NCBI GenBank assembly: GCA_013265495.1
Contig: MU058287.1
Coordinates: 186,001-250,000 of the forward strand
Source: Vicugna vicugna
Lineage: Eukaryota
Reading direction: 5' to 3'
Length of the DNA stretch: 64,000 nucleotides
Of the stretch, positions 40,223-52,800 are shown in pieces. Positions within the stretch are counted from its first letter, which is position 1; every line of letters starts with the position of its first letter. The notes beneath the pieces were generated by a model that worked only from the letters and a program-made list of their open reading frames with translations, was not told the origin of the DNA and ran no database searches. A program made the position numbers and the translations under genes.

Positions 40223-42578
40223 TTTTTTTTTTTAAACCTTTTTTATTGATTTATAATCATTTTACAATGTTGTGTCAAATTCCAGTGTTCAGCACAATTT
40301 TTCAGTCATTCATGGACATATACACACTCATTGTCACATTTTTTTTTCTGTGAGTTATCATAACATTTTGTGTATATTTCCCTGTGCTATACAGTGTAAT
40401 CTTGTTTATCTATTCTACAATTTTGAAATCCCAGTCTATCCCTTCCCACCCTCCGCCCCCCTGGTAACCACAAGTCTGTATTCTCTGTCTGTGAGTCTAT
40501 TTCTGTCCTGTATTTATGCTTTGTTTTTGTTTGTTTGTTTTTGTTTTTCTTTTTGTTTTTTAGATTCCACATATGAGCGATCTCATATGGTATTTTTCTT
40601 TCTCTTTCTGGCTTACTTCACTTAGAATGACATTCTCTAGGAGCATCCATGTTGCTGCAAATGGCATTATGTTGTCGGTTTTTATGGCTGAGTAGTATTC
40701 CATTGTATAAATATACCACATCTTCTTTATCCAGTCACCTGTTGATGGACATTTAGGCTGTTTCCATGTTTTGGCTATTGTAAATAGTGCTGCTATGAAC
40801 ATTGGGGTGCAGGTGTCATCCTGAAGTAGATTTCCTTCTGGATACAAGCCCAGGAGTGGGATTCCTGGGTCATATGGTAAGTCTATTCCTAGTCTTTTGA
40901 GGAATCTCCACACTGTTTTCCATAGTGGCTGCACCAAACTGCATTCCCACCAGCAGTGTAGGAGGGTTCCCCTTTCTCCACAGCCTCTCCAGCATTTGTC
41001 ATTTTTGGATTTTTGAATGACGGCCATTCTGACTGGTGTGAGGTGATACCTCATTGTAGTTTTGATTTGCATTTCTCTGATAATTAGTGATATTGAACAT
41101 TTTTTCATGTGCTTTTTGATCATTTGTATGTCTTCCTTGGAGAATTGCTTGTTTAGGTCTTCTGCCCATTTTTGGATTGGGTTGTTTATTTTTTTCTTAT
41201 TGAGTCGTATGAGCTGCTTATATATTTTGGAGATCAAGCCTTTGTCGGTTTCACTTGCAAAAATTTTCTCCCATTCCGTAGGTTTTCTTCTTGTTTTATT
41301 TCTGGTTTCCTTTGCTCTGCAGAAGCTTGTAAGTTTCATTAGGTCCCATTTGTTTATTCTTGCTTTTATTTCTTCTAGGAGAAAATTTTTGAAATGTATG
41401 TCAGATAATGTTTTGCCTATGTTTTCCTCTAGGAGGTTTATTGTATCTTGTCTTATGTTTAAGTCTTTAATCCATTTTGAGTTGATTTTTGTATATGGTG
41501 TAAGGGTGTGTTCTAGCTTCATTGTTTTACATGCTGCTGTCCAGTTTTCCCAACACCATTTGCTGAAGAGACTGTCTTTATTCCATTGTATATTCTTGCC
41601 TCCTTTGTCGAAGATGAGTTGACCAAAAGTTTGTGGGTTCATTTCTGGGCTCTCTATTCTGTTCCATTGGTCTATATGTCTGTTTTGGTACCAATACCAT
41701 GCTGTCTTGATGACTGTAGCTCTATAGTATTGTCTGAAGTCTGGGAGAGTTATTCCTCCAGCCTCTTTCTTTCTCTTCAGTAATGCTTTAGCAATTCTAG
41801 GTCTTTGATGGTTCCATATAAATTTTATTATGATTTGTTCTAGTTCTGTGAAATATGTCCTGGGTAATTGGATAGGGATTGCATTAAATCTGTAGATTGC
41901 CTTGGGCAGTGTGACCATTTTAACAATATTGATTCTTCCAATCCAAGAGCATGGAATATCTTTCCATTTTTTAAAGTCTTCTTTAATTTCCTTCATCAAT
42001 GGTTTATAGTTTTCTGTGTATAATTCTTTCACCTCCTTGGTTAGATTTATTCCCAGATATTTTATTACTTTGGGTGCTATTTTAAAGGGGATTGTTTCTT
42101 TACTTTCTTTTTCTGTTGATTTATCGTTAGTGTAAAGAAATGCAACTGATTTTTGAACGTTAATTTTGTAACCTGCTACCTTGCTGAATTCTTCAATCAG
42201 CTCTAGTAGCTTTTGTGTGGACCTTTTAGGGTTTTCTATATATAGTAACATGTCATCAGCATATAATGACACTTTTACCTCTTCTTTTCCAATTTGGATC
42301 CCTTTTATTTCTTTCTCTTGCCTGACTGCTGTGGCTAGGACTTCCAGGACTATGTTGAATAGGAGTGGTGATAGTGGGCATCCTTGTCTTGTCCCAGATT
42401 TTAGTGGGAAGCTTTTGAGTTTTTCACCATTGAGTACTATGCTGGCTGTAGGTTTGTCATATATAGCTTTTATTATGTTGAAATATGTTCCCTCTATACC
42501 CACTTTGGCGAGAGTTTTTATCATAAATTGATGTTGAATTTTATCAAATGCTTTTTCTGCATCAATTGAGATGATCAT
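40223..42578 (-). mobile_element. 5'-truncated LINE-1 (3' part of ORF2, 3'UTR, poly(A))
   Basis: Poly(T) at 40223-40233, polyadenylation signal ~40242-40247, 3'UTR to 40559; degenerate TSD tgaaatctttttt (40216-40228) / tgaggtctttttt (42579-42591) followed by aa (TTTT/AA endonuclease site). Confidence 0.97.
40560..42578 (-). CDS. L1 ORF2p fragment (reverse transcriptase plus C-terminal Cys-rich domain); no endonuclease domain or promoter
   Basis: 672 uninterrupted codons with [31 protein letters not shown] and [18 protein letters not shown] motifs. Confidence 0.9.
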   Translation of the reverse strand: MIISIDAEKAFDKIQHQFMIKTLAKVGIEGTYFNIIKAIYDKPTASIVLNGEKLKSFPLKSGTRQGCPLSPLLFNIVLEVLATAVRQEKEIKGIQIGKEEVKVSLYADDMLLYIENPKRSTQKLLELIEEFSKVAGYKINVQKSVAFLYTNDKSTEKESKETIPFKIAPKVIKYLGINLTKEVKELYTENYKPLMKEIKEDFKKWKDIPCSWIGRINIVKMVTLPKAIYRFNAIPIQLPRTYFTELEQIIIKFIWNHQRPRIAKALLKRKKEAGGITLPDFRQYYRATVIKTAWYWYQNRHIDQWNRIESPEMNPQTFGQLIFDKGGKNIQWNKDSLFSKWCWENWTAACKTMKLEHTLTPYTKINSKWIKDLNIRQDTINLLEENIGKTLSDIHFKNFLLEEIKARINKWDLMKLTSFCRAKETRNKTRRKPTEWEKIFASETDKGLISKIYKQLIRLNKKKINNPIQKWAEDLNKQFSKEDIQMIKKHMKKCSISLIIREMQIKTTMRYHLTPVRMAVIQKSKNDKCWRGCGERGTLLHCWWECSLVQPLWKTVWRFLKRLGIDLPYDPGIPLLGLYPEGNLLQDDTCTPMFIAALFTIAKTWKQPKCPSTGDWIKKMWYIYTMEYYSAIKTDNIMPFAATWMLLENVILSEVSQKEKEKYHMRSLICGI

Positions 42579-43239
42579 TGAGGTCTTTTTTAATTAAGGT
42601 CTGTACATTTTTTAGACATGATGCTATTGCACACTTAATAGACTACAGTATGGTGTAAACCTAACTTTAATTTGCACTGGGAAACCAAAAAATGTGTGTG
42701 ACTCCATTTATTGCAATATTTCCTTGACTGCAGTGGTCTGGAATTGAATCTGCAAAATCTCTGAGATACGCCTGCACATCTTCTTTCAACTTCCACTCCC
42801 CATTTCTCCATCATCCCCAAAGCATAATCAAACCCCAGCCCCCCTAGATAGAACTTCTCTGCTTTGGAGCTTTCATATCACCTTATCCCTTTTCTGTATC
42901 ACTTCTTTCTTTCTTAGAAACCAGACATTATCTGAATATCATCCCTTCTGCCAGACTTTAGAGTTTTCTTACCACCCACTTCATCTTCCTCTTAGCGCAT
43001 AGTACAGGATCCACTGACAATATGGGAACCCAACAAATGTTACATAATTGAATAGACAAAAAATGGGGAGGACTGGGGAGGTTCAACAAGAGTAATTCTG
43101 CGATAAAACTTTTAATGTGCCAAGAAGTTAATAAGTTAAGTAAAATTACCTTGAAACAGCATTAAAGGCCCAGTTGAAATGGCAGTGTGCTAGTCTATAC
43201 TTGAATGAGTAAGGTCAGAATGGTGAGATGGCTCTACCC

Positions 43240-43760
43240 TTGGTTTCTTAGTTTTTTTTTTATTGCTCCATAACAAGTTACTACCAGCTTGGCAGCCTGA
43301 AACAACACACAGTTATCATCTCACCGTTTCTGAAGGTCAGGGCTCCAAACATGGGTTAGCTTGGTCTTTTGCTACAGAGCCTCTCACAAAGTTCAAAGTG
43401 TCAGTCAGGTTGGGGTCACGCAGGATCGAGTGGGGAAGGGTCTCCTTGGAAGTGCACATGGCAGGATTTGGTTCTTCAAGGGCTGTTGGACCAAAGGCCT
43501 CAGTTTCTAGCTGGCTGTTGGCCAGAGGATACCCACCTCAGGTCTGCCATGTGGGCCTCCCCAACAGAGCTACGTGCCTCATCAAAAGCCAGCAAGGGAA
43601 GTAGCCTGCTAGCAAAACAGAACTCAGTCTTATCTAACCTAATCGGGAAGTGTTAGCTCATCCACTTTACCATGCACAGCAGGTTGGAATCAAGTCAGTG
43701 GGCCAGGCTGCCTTCGAGCAAGGGCATGAACACCAGGAAGCTGGTGTCATTGAAAATACG
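43240..43760 (-). mobile_element. MaLR LTR (MLT1E/F-like)
   Basis: 'tattgctccataacaagttactacca...aaacaacacacagttatcatctcaccgtttctgaaggtcagg'. Confidence 0.7.
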
Positions 43761-44947
43761 TCTTGGAATTTGTCTGGTAAGTACTGTAGGCATTCCCAAA
43801 GTATTTTGAAAGAGTCCTGTTCCAAAACTGTGTTTCTTGCTCAGCTGGAACTGAGAATTCAGTATGATTTCCTTATAGAAACAGTGGAGTTAAATTCTTG
43901 GGCCTACCACAAGGTAAAGGTCATTTTAACCAAAGTATCATGCTAGCCAAACTACTTTAACCTACATTTACTTAGTCCGTGGTTATTTAATGAGCATATG
44001 CTTTCCAAATGTCAAGTTGGGATGCTGGGACAAATTCTCCAATTAACAGGTCTTCAGCATAGCCATGAAAGGAAGTTAGGGGTTCTATGCCTCTGCCATT
44101 AGGAACTCATTAATTATTTCACACTATGTATATGAACAGATTATCCCCAGGCAAAACATTTATCCATGAACCAATAATCAATGATGCCTTTACTGTGTAG
44201 TCATTCTCTGAAGTCCTCAGTATTTATACTGAAAAGCTAAATGTTTCAACAAGGAGAGTAAATCACTTTTGAAGTCTTTCAGAATGTGTAATTCGAGGGA
44301 CCACTTCAAACCATTTTTAAATTCTTAAGATAATTAAACAAAGACTTCCACCGCAGCAATGCTGATGCCCCCTCTGCCAAAATTTCTGGTCCTGGTTTGT
44401 TTACACTGAGACTCATGGGTTCGTAAAGATGCCACCTCCTCTCCCTGCAGCTCAGGGTGGAAGAATCTCCCTGTCAGGCCAGCAGAAGAAATTCTTCTGA
44501 ATTTTTAGCTTCATCAAAGACTGGTCCTTTCCCCTGTTTGAAGTCTTTTCTTGCTTCCTAGCCACTGGGGGCACTTTGAACTCTGCGCCCACCGACCCTG
44601 TTTCCTGTTCAAAGGCTTCTTCCCTTCCATGCAGGAAGAAAATGCCTTTGAAAGTGGGTTCCTGCCTTGAATGGGTCTGTCGGTGTAAACAGAAATAAAC
44701 AAAAATAATAATAGGCAACAGTAGCAGGTCTCGGCAATTACAGAGAGAGCTGGAGAAAATGGGGAGATGGAAGGAAAGCCCCTTTGCCATATTACTTGGA
44801 AGAGAGGGTATTTGGCACGCCGCCTTCTCCACCGTGCTGCAGCTTCTGTAACTTACATGAAGCAGGGAGTGGCATCTAAAGTGGCCCATCCTTAGGTGGA
44901 ACTTTTGACCCAGGTGGACATTACACCTGGGAAAGTCCAAGTTTAAA

Positions 44948-45269
44948 AACAGACATAGTAAACAAACTTACGGTTACCGAGGAAAGGGAGGTAGGAAGGG
45001 ATAAACTGGGAGTTCAAAATTTGCAAAGATTAACTACTATATATAAAACAGATAAACAAGTTTCTTCTGTATGGCACAGGGAACTATATTCAATATTTTG
45101 TAGTAACCTGTAATGAAAAAGAATATTAAAATGAATATATGTATGTGTGTGTGTGTATGTATATAAATATGTATTTATATATAAATGAATGACTGAACCA
45201 GAAATTGACATGTTGTAAACTGAATGTACTTCAATTTTAAAAAGTCAAAAAAAAAAAACAATAAAAAAA
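44948..45269 (+). mobile_element. 5'-truncated L1 3'UTR with A-tail
   Basis: 'cagacatagtaaacaaacttacggttacc', 'gggataaactgggagt', 'ctgtatggcacagggaactatattcaata', A-rich tail ~45239-45269. Confidence 0.88.
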
Positions 45270-45774
45270 TACTTAAGCCATTTGAGTGGGTATCTTCCCC
45301 AGGCACATTAACAGTTAGACTCTGTCATGAGACAAGGTCCCAGACATCTTGTTTCGTCTGTAAACACAATCTGAAGCTGAAAATTCTTGAGAATTTTTCT
45401 GGTTTTTAGATATTGACTCATGGACTAGTTATGGGTTGATTTGGTTGTGCTTTTGGGTCTAGTTAAGTCATTAGCTTAGATATGTACAATTTTAGCTCTA
45501 ATAAAGTAGTTTTTGTTTTGTTTTCTAAGGAAGATGCTGCTAGAGTTGTGATAGCTTGTGAGACGTGATAGCTTGTTGAAAGCAGGTCCTTCCCGCTCCA
45601 GAAGGCTCTGAGTATGTGATCTTAGGTCAGCCATCAGGAAGGGGCATCAGCCAGTGTGATGCAGAATAGCTCCTTAAATTGCCGTGTGACACATAACAGT
45701 GCAGGTATTGAACAGCAGTGGCCTGCGGTCAGCAACACCAATCAAACCACGCTGTCCTTCATAGGATCACAGGG

Positions 45775-46150
45775 TGGATCAGTTTGCCATGGCTGTCAGA
45801 ACGAAATAGCACTAGGTATTTAAGGCTGGGTGTCTTAAACAACAGAAGTGGATTCCTCACAGTTCTGGAGGCTAGAAGTCCGAGGTCAAGGTGTCGGCAG
45901 GGTTGGCTTCTCCTGAGTCCTCCCTCCTTGGCTTGCAGATGGTCACCTCTCCCTGTGTCCTCACATGGCCTTTTCTCTGTGTGAGCACACCCCGGTGTCC
46001 CTTCCTCTGTTATTAGGACACCAGTCCTATTGGATTAGGACCCCACCCTATGATCTCGTTTGACCTCTGTTACTTCTTCAAATACAGTCACATTGTGGGG
46101 TGGGGCTTCAACATATGAATTTGGGGGGAACATAATTATATCCATAACAC
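45775..46150 (-). mobile_element. MaLR LTR (MLT1A/B-like)
   Basis: 'cttaaacaacagaag...tcacagttctggaggctagaagtccgaggtcaaggtgtcggcagggttgg', 'gggcttcaacatatgaatttgggggg'. Confidence 0.85.
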
Positions 46151-49100
46151 AGGGTTACCAATAATGCTCATGGGTGAATTGGAGGTCATAAGTCATTTAT
46201 GAAAATGTGTATGTGAGTGTGTGCATTTGTGGAATTTTTTTAGGGAAGAAGTTCACACCTTTCATTGGAATTTCAAAGAATGCTAATAGATAGGACACAC
46301 TGCTTTATACCAACTTCCCTAATTATTTTTCTAGTGGGATGTTATATCCTGATCCTTCACAAAGATTCTGTGATTCTATTAACCCTGTTGTTCCGTCCTG
46401 TCTAGATTTTGGGATATTCTGTTTAGCCACAAAATCATTAATCTTTCCAAAGATTTGAGAATAGTTGAACAGGTTTTCTTATCCTGCTGAGATGACTAAA
46501 ATGATGAAGATGTATTGTTCATTTTTGTACAGTCTTAGAGTGCCTTCCTTTGTAAATGGTGGCGTAGGTGCTTAAGAAAATGTTTGGTTTTATAAATCAA
46601 ATCAATGTCTGAGGAAGTTAAAGAGAACAGCAATTAAAAAGCAACTATGAATTTAGGACACAGTAACAGTACTGCAAAAATAAGTAAATAAAGTTGAACT
46701 TCCTAATTATAGGCAGTATTATTAATGCCTATATAATGTCTAAAGGAAAGCAGTGAAAACAAGTGGTAGGGAAATAGGCACTATGGTAAAAACCTAAAGA
46801 AATTAGAACATTTTAAATGGAAAATAGAGTATGACTGATACTTCAAAAGTTACCCCTGCCCATAACTTTCTCTCCCTCCCTTATGGGTCTGCACCCTAAT
46901 TTGGGTTCTGTCATATGCTAATCTCTAGGGCTACTATTTTTATTGGATATGTGTGCTACTGACTTTTTAAACTTGAAATTTGCATTTTCATTTGTCATCA
47001 GTACATTTCATTTTGATAGATTTAGACATCTTCCTTGCCCAGTGGTCTTCAATTTCTTTTTTAATGGAAACATTAAATCCAAACAAAGTCTTCCATGACT
47101 ACCAAGTAGATTGAAATGGAACTTACAGCTGAAATAGAGTGAGAAAGGGGTTCTGGAAATAAAAACATATTCTCAATATGGCATTTCCCGAATCCAAAGT
47201 CTACTCCATGTGGAATTCCCAGCCCATCAACAGTTTCTAGTTGATTCTTTCTTTCTTTGATTAGCACTCACTATATAGTAAAATATCAGAAGAAACGAAA
47301 ATTATGTTCCAAATTTTTTTTTCGTAAAGAAAAAAAGAAGAACAAAATTAGCTGGGACCTTTTTATTTCCTCTGACTGCAGCCTCTTATAAAAATGTCAG
47401 TAGTGGATGGGAAAATTAAGACAATGCTCACTTTCTTTTCCTCACTTTAGGACAGTGATGGCAGGAGGGGACTGGGAATCCCAAATCATATTATTGGAAT
47501 TTGAAACATTTTCAACCTTTGGTCTCATTTATCCCTAAAGCATGCAGCTGGAGTCACAGAAACTAAATATTTAAGACACCCTATGACTTTCTGGTGAATG
47601 GCTATTTTGGAAAGAAACCTTTCAAAGCCCCCATGTCACTTTTGCTGAAGTCACTGTCAGTGTCAAAGACAGCTGGCGGCTCACTGCCTTGCTCCATGCC
47701 TGATGGCTTTTAGGGAGCGCTCCAAGATCCTGGGGTCCCATCCGTTCTGTTCCTGGAGTCAATAACACCTGAATCACTAAAATAAAATGAAGTTTGAAAT
47801 GTGCTGTTTACTATTTAGACAAAATTTGAATATTTCCAGTTTTTAGATTAAAAAAATTTTTTTTTAAATCTTCATTCACCAACTTCTGCAAAGAATTGAG
47901 AAAACCTTTTAAGAAACAAATTAAACCTCTGATACTGGTCCAAATGCAACACTTGTAAGTCTTTGGGGTTTTCACTGGAAACGCATGCTAAGTTTTTGCA
48001 TGTGTGTATGTGTTGAACTGTTACGGTTAAGCATTTATATTTTCACAGAACGTTTTGGGCTTGCTTTGGGGGCTTTGTTTATTTTTATTTGGTTTGGTTT
48101 GCTTTGGTTTAAGTTGACTTTTTTTTTTTTTGTCTTGGCTTGGTTTGGTTCTCACAACATTTTGGCTCTAAGTGGCTCTGCAAAGAAATAAAGTTGCAAT
48201 GTTTTATGTCATTTGCCCCCAGGTCATGCAGGTTGGGTCAAAACTAAATTGAGACTTTTTTTTTCAGCCGGGGTTTTTTAATCTGCTACTTTAACTAGCC
48301 AACACACCATCCTCTGTTTCGTGGGTTATCTGGTAGGTTCTAATACTGTCCTGGGGGCCATGAGGACACAGAAATATAAGTCATGGTCCCTCTCCTTACA
48401 TGTGGAGATTACGAACAAAAGCCAAGTTGAACAACTTGAGGAACAGTGAAGGAAAGGTCTTACACTCTAGAACCAAGAGTATAAATTGGATAATATGGGC
48501 TGGTAAGATCTACTGAACTTTTGTCTTCTGTCCCATCAACTCCTGACACAGGTTTTACATAGGTCTCTGTTGACTTTCATTTGCCAGAACAACAATAGAC
48601 ATTTTCAGTCCTTATTTTGCCTTCTCAGAAATCTCAGTTTAATGCAATTGAATGCTCCATCCTTGTGTCTTCCTCCCTTTGTCTTCCATCATACTCCATG
48701 CTCTGGCTTTCCTTTTATCTCTCTGGCTACTTCCTCTGCTATGCATTGCAGGCTCGTCTTCTGCCATCCAGCACTAAACACAGAATTCTTCAAGGCTCGT
48801 TCTCAGGCCCTCTTCTGGTCTTAATATATACCTTTTTTCTAAGTGAGCTTGTCTGCACCGTGGCTTCACCTACCACCTAGCTAAGGATTCTTTCCCAAGC
48901 TCTAGACCCCCATGAACTTGAACATTATAAAGGTTCTTCATGTTTAACATGCTCATAGCCAAAGTTGGGAATGTATACAATGTCTTTTTTGAGCACTTGT
49001 TTGGATAAAGGACAGGGAACACTGGAAGAGCAATGACATGGCAGAATGGCTGATGATGAATTTAGCTTTGAACTTGCTGCTTTTCAGCTCCCAGAAAGTT

Positions 49101-49499
49101 TCAGCTCAATAAGATTCAGATATAGTGACCTGGAGACCAGCTGAACAATTTCTATAGAATATGTGGGCCGGAGTTGTGTTGGAGAAGGAGGTAAATAGAG
49201 ACAGAGAGGGTCCTCTACTTCTTAAAGATAGCCCTCCCCACCCCACTGCTTCAGATCAATACACATAACTGTATTCAGCGTTTATTAAATAGTTGGAATT
49301 TACTCCTATCCTCTGTTTTTCTTTGGGGACCAGTAAACTTAATGCATTCCTTCCTTCATTCATTCACCCATGATCATAGATTACCTGTATGGGCAAGTTA
49401 AGTCCTCTCTATTCCAAGTTCACTCAAAAATCTTTGGGATACTGTAATCACAAGGGAGAATCAAGGAAAGACTACATCTAGAACAATTAAATGATGATA

Positions 49500-49740
49500 A
49501 CACAAACATTTATTGAGCACTTAACTCTATGCCAGGGACTGTGATGAATGCTTTATATACACTGTCTGATTTACTCCTGCACAACACCATTAGACAGTTA
49601 CTCTGCTAACCCTGTTTTAGAGATAGGTGAACTGAGGCTTAAATAAGTTAACTGCCTGCCCCAAGGTCACACAGCTAGTAAGTGAAAAGCTAGAATTCCA
49701 CCCAGGTCTAAATTGAGAGCCCTTACCTTAACCACCATGT
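49500..49740. mobile_element. Near full-length MIR
   Basis: 'aacatttattgagcactt...gaactgaggcttaaataagttaactgcctgccccaaggtcacacagctagtaagtg'. Confidence 0.8.
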
Positions 49741-52099
49741 TTCTCACTCCGCACCTGCAAAAGCTTCCAACTCATTGATCGATATATTTTGCATAGAGAA
49801 GCACGCAATTGGCCTCATTCTTTCTTTTGCTCATTAAAGTTAAACCAAAAAGAATGCCTTTCTCTTTAACTTCAGCTCTTTATTTGAATGGAAAGGGAAG
49901 AAAAACTAAAAATGAGAGTTTCCTGGAGATGACCTGAGACCCTTACTATAATCCACACTCAAAGGATGCTGTGCAGAGGAGCAAAACGGAGGAAAGAAAA
50001 CAACGGTTGCTCTTCAATATTATCAATGTTAGCATCTTGCAGCCGACACAAGGCTGGATTTTAGGGTGGCGTGTGACTACTGGTGACCTTGACCTAAGCA
50101 GGCAAGTTTCCCCCTGCAAAAGCAGCTTTGGTTAAATGTCAGAATTAAAAAGGGGGGCGGGATAAAGTTATTAAAAAGAAACATACACAAATTGTAACCC
50201 TCACCTTTCCTCCACATGGAAGATTATTGATGCTTGAGTCTCAAGACCGTCAGAGAAATAGAATCACCACCAAACTAACCCACGATAGGTTGAGTTCACA
50301 CAAATGGGAAGTTAGAGGAAACCCCATTAACTGAGGGTTATCATTGCCTCATGAGAAGAAAAGAAACCTAGTTTAGGACACCTCCAAGAGAGCAGTGAGC
50401 AAAGCAAACAGCTCCAGCCTCATGATGATTTAAGGAACTTCTTGAAGTGCTTTTCTCTCCTTGATGTTAGTGTCTTAAATTTAAGTTGGCTGGTAATCCT
50501 TGGGCTCTGGGGAAAGCAAATGGTTAGTTTATGGTCAGTTTCTCTCATTGATTGTCCTTCAGAAGACGTGTGACTTATAGGAGAGAGTGAGAGCGCCTAA
50601 CTCATCCTGCTGTTGAAAAAGAGAATTGAATGACAGGTTCTTGGTGCTGCTGCTAAAAGACTTTCAGCAATTGCTGTGCTCGGCCACGGGCATTTCCGTG
50701 AAATAAATCACCGAAGGCAGTCTAAGAATTTGTAAGAGGAAGTGTTTTCATACTATGGCTTAGCAAAAACATCTCTATATTAAATCTACTTGCAAATTTA
50801 AACCGTACCAGGGGAAGGAAATGGGTTTATATAATCCAAGTAGCATAGGAAATATTAAATACTTCATGTTGTTAAAACAGGGTGACATCATTGGCAAGGC
50901 TTTTTTTTTTTTTTCTCTAGGAAATTGAAGGCTCCATCCACCAGTAAGAGGTAGGAAGAATGATTCACTGTGGGAGAAAGTCTAATGTACTCGCAGCCCT
51001 GCCTAACATTCATGGTGCCACTGGAAATCAAGAACTGCCCTGTTTTATTGCAGCATATTTCCAAGATGCAAAACAAAAAGTGGAGCAGAAGTAGAGAAAC
51101 TGAGGAAATTCTGGGAAGCCATGGCCTTCAAATGAAGGAAACTTCTGCCAAGAATCATGTTAACTTAGTATTTGGTCATACATGGATTTTAAGAAATAGG
51201 GTTCTTAAGGTTTTCTAGAATGAGGGAAGGGATTTTAGGCAGAATTAGAAAATGATAGCCAGTATACATCATACAGAACTGAGAACTGAAGACTTGTTTT
51301 CTCAAAGGTTTGCAGTCTAGCAGGTGGAATAGACAGATGTATAACAATTATGTTGTCCACTACAGTCTCCCAGAGGGCCAGTCCAGGGATAGAAAGTCAT
51401 CGGGGGGACCACAGATGAGTCATGCAATTCACACTTTTCTGCCTAAACATTGTGGTTAGTTTTTCAGAAGTTTTCAAAATATGCCTTGTTATTGCAGTCC
51501 TTTCTAATATTCTCCCCTTTACATTCCTCCTCCAACAAATCTGCTCTGCCGTCCTGAATTATACATAAAATTAACACCAGAGATAAACAGGAGGACACTA
51601 ATCCAACTGGCAGTGGAAAACCACAAGGAATATTTGTTAGGACACGTGGACCCCAGTGGACCAGTTTGAACCCTTGAAACCTGAACCACCACGACCCTTG
51701 GCCATGACTGTGTACAAGAGAAATCAGATCAGTGCCTTCATTCGGCCCGATGGTCTTTGACTTTTCTGTTTGTAAAGTCTTGTGGCCTTACCCCAATGTT
51801 ACTTACGATGACCGAGCATTTTTAAATGGTCCTTCAGCCAAGCAAAGGGGTTCTAGTATTCAGTCCTACAACTTTTATTCAATACCCTTTCCTTCTCCTT
51901 TTCTATGTCCTGGCATTTTACTATGGTTTTTTCCTTCCTTATCACTTACTTAAGCTTCTCTCTCCTCCTCACTCTTATTTCTGATATCTGAAACTTGCTG
52001 ATTTGTCCTTTTCATCTTCTTGGCTTGTACTGTAAGCTGTGCCCCATTTCTTCATATTTCTTTTTTCTTGAAAATGCTGTATTCTAATATTTTCTTATA

Positions 52100-52800
52100 C
52101 ATATGCCACATTCTCTTTTGTGTATTCTTTTAAACTCGTAAATGAAGTTATCTTTAATAATAAAGTAGTATGTGAAAATTAAAGAATATTTGAAAAACAT
52201 AGAAAAAAATGTAGAAACAAAGATGACTCATGGTTCTTCACACAAAAGAAGTCACTGTTAACATTATAATGTGTTCCTTTTAGATTATTTTACCAAGATT
52301 TTTAAACTCTGTATGATAATATAATTAGCCTTCGATGTCTAAATATAATAATATAAGTGTTTTTCTTAATATATTTTAATGGCTACATAATATTCCATTG
52401 AGTAGATACATTTTAGTTTAAAAGCCATTCCCTCATTGTAGGTCATGAAGATAACTTTTTATTATTTTGCTCTTGCAAATAGTATTAGGGAAAATATCTT
52501 TGTTTACTAAGCTGAGAAAGGGTTTGTTTTTATCTTGTGTTCATCTGTTTTGTTTGGGGTGACTATTATTTTTTTAGGGTGAGTCCCAAGAGTTCAGTTA
52601 CAGTCCTTGGGAAAGGATTTGGGACCCTTGGGTAACAGGGTCAATTTGCTTCCAAAGCAGTAGTTGCAGTGTATTCGTTGTTCATGGGTGTGTGTTTTTC
52701 ATGTCATTCTTGAGACATAAGGCATATTCTTATTTTAAAAGAAAGGTTTGCTAATTTAATATGTGAAAATGGTTTTTCCCTTGAATGGAACTGCTTACTA
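52100..52800 (-). mobile_element. Ancient L1M-type fragment
   Basis: 'ttttaatggctacataatattccattgagtagatac...agccattccctcattgtagg'. Confidence 0.55.

Larger units (their letters stand above)
39930..42774 (+). mobile_element. Internally deleted Tigger1 (Tc1/mariner-pogo; Tigger1a-like), split by an L1 into ~39930-40222 and ~42579-42774
   Basis: Left end 'cagatagaccttgcttcattgcactttgctttattg...caaattgaaggtttgtggc'; right end 'tttgcactgggaaaccaaaaaa...ctgagatacgcctg'; only ~0.5 kb in total, so no transposase. Confidence 0.88.

Noticed and set aside
41062..42531. Plus-strand ORFs of 186, 65 and 116 aa
   Set aside because: Antisense shadow frames of L1 ORF2.
45548..45576. Short repeat gtgatagcttgt x2
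   Set aside because: Only two units; a simple local duplication, not an array.
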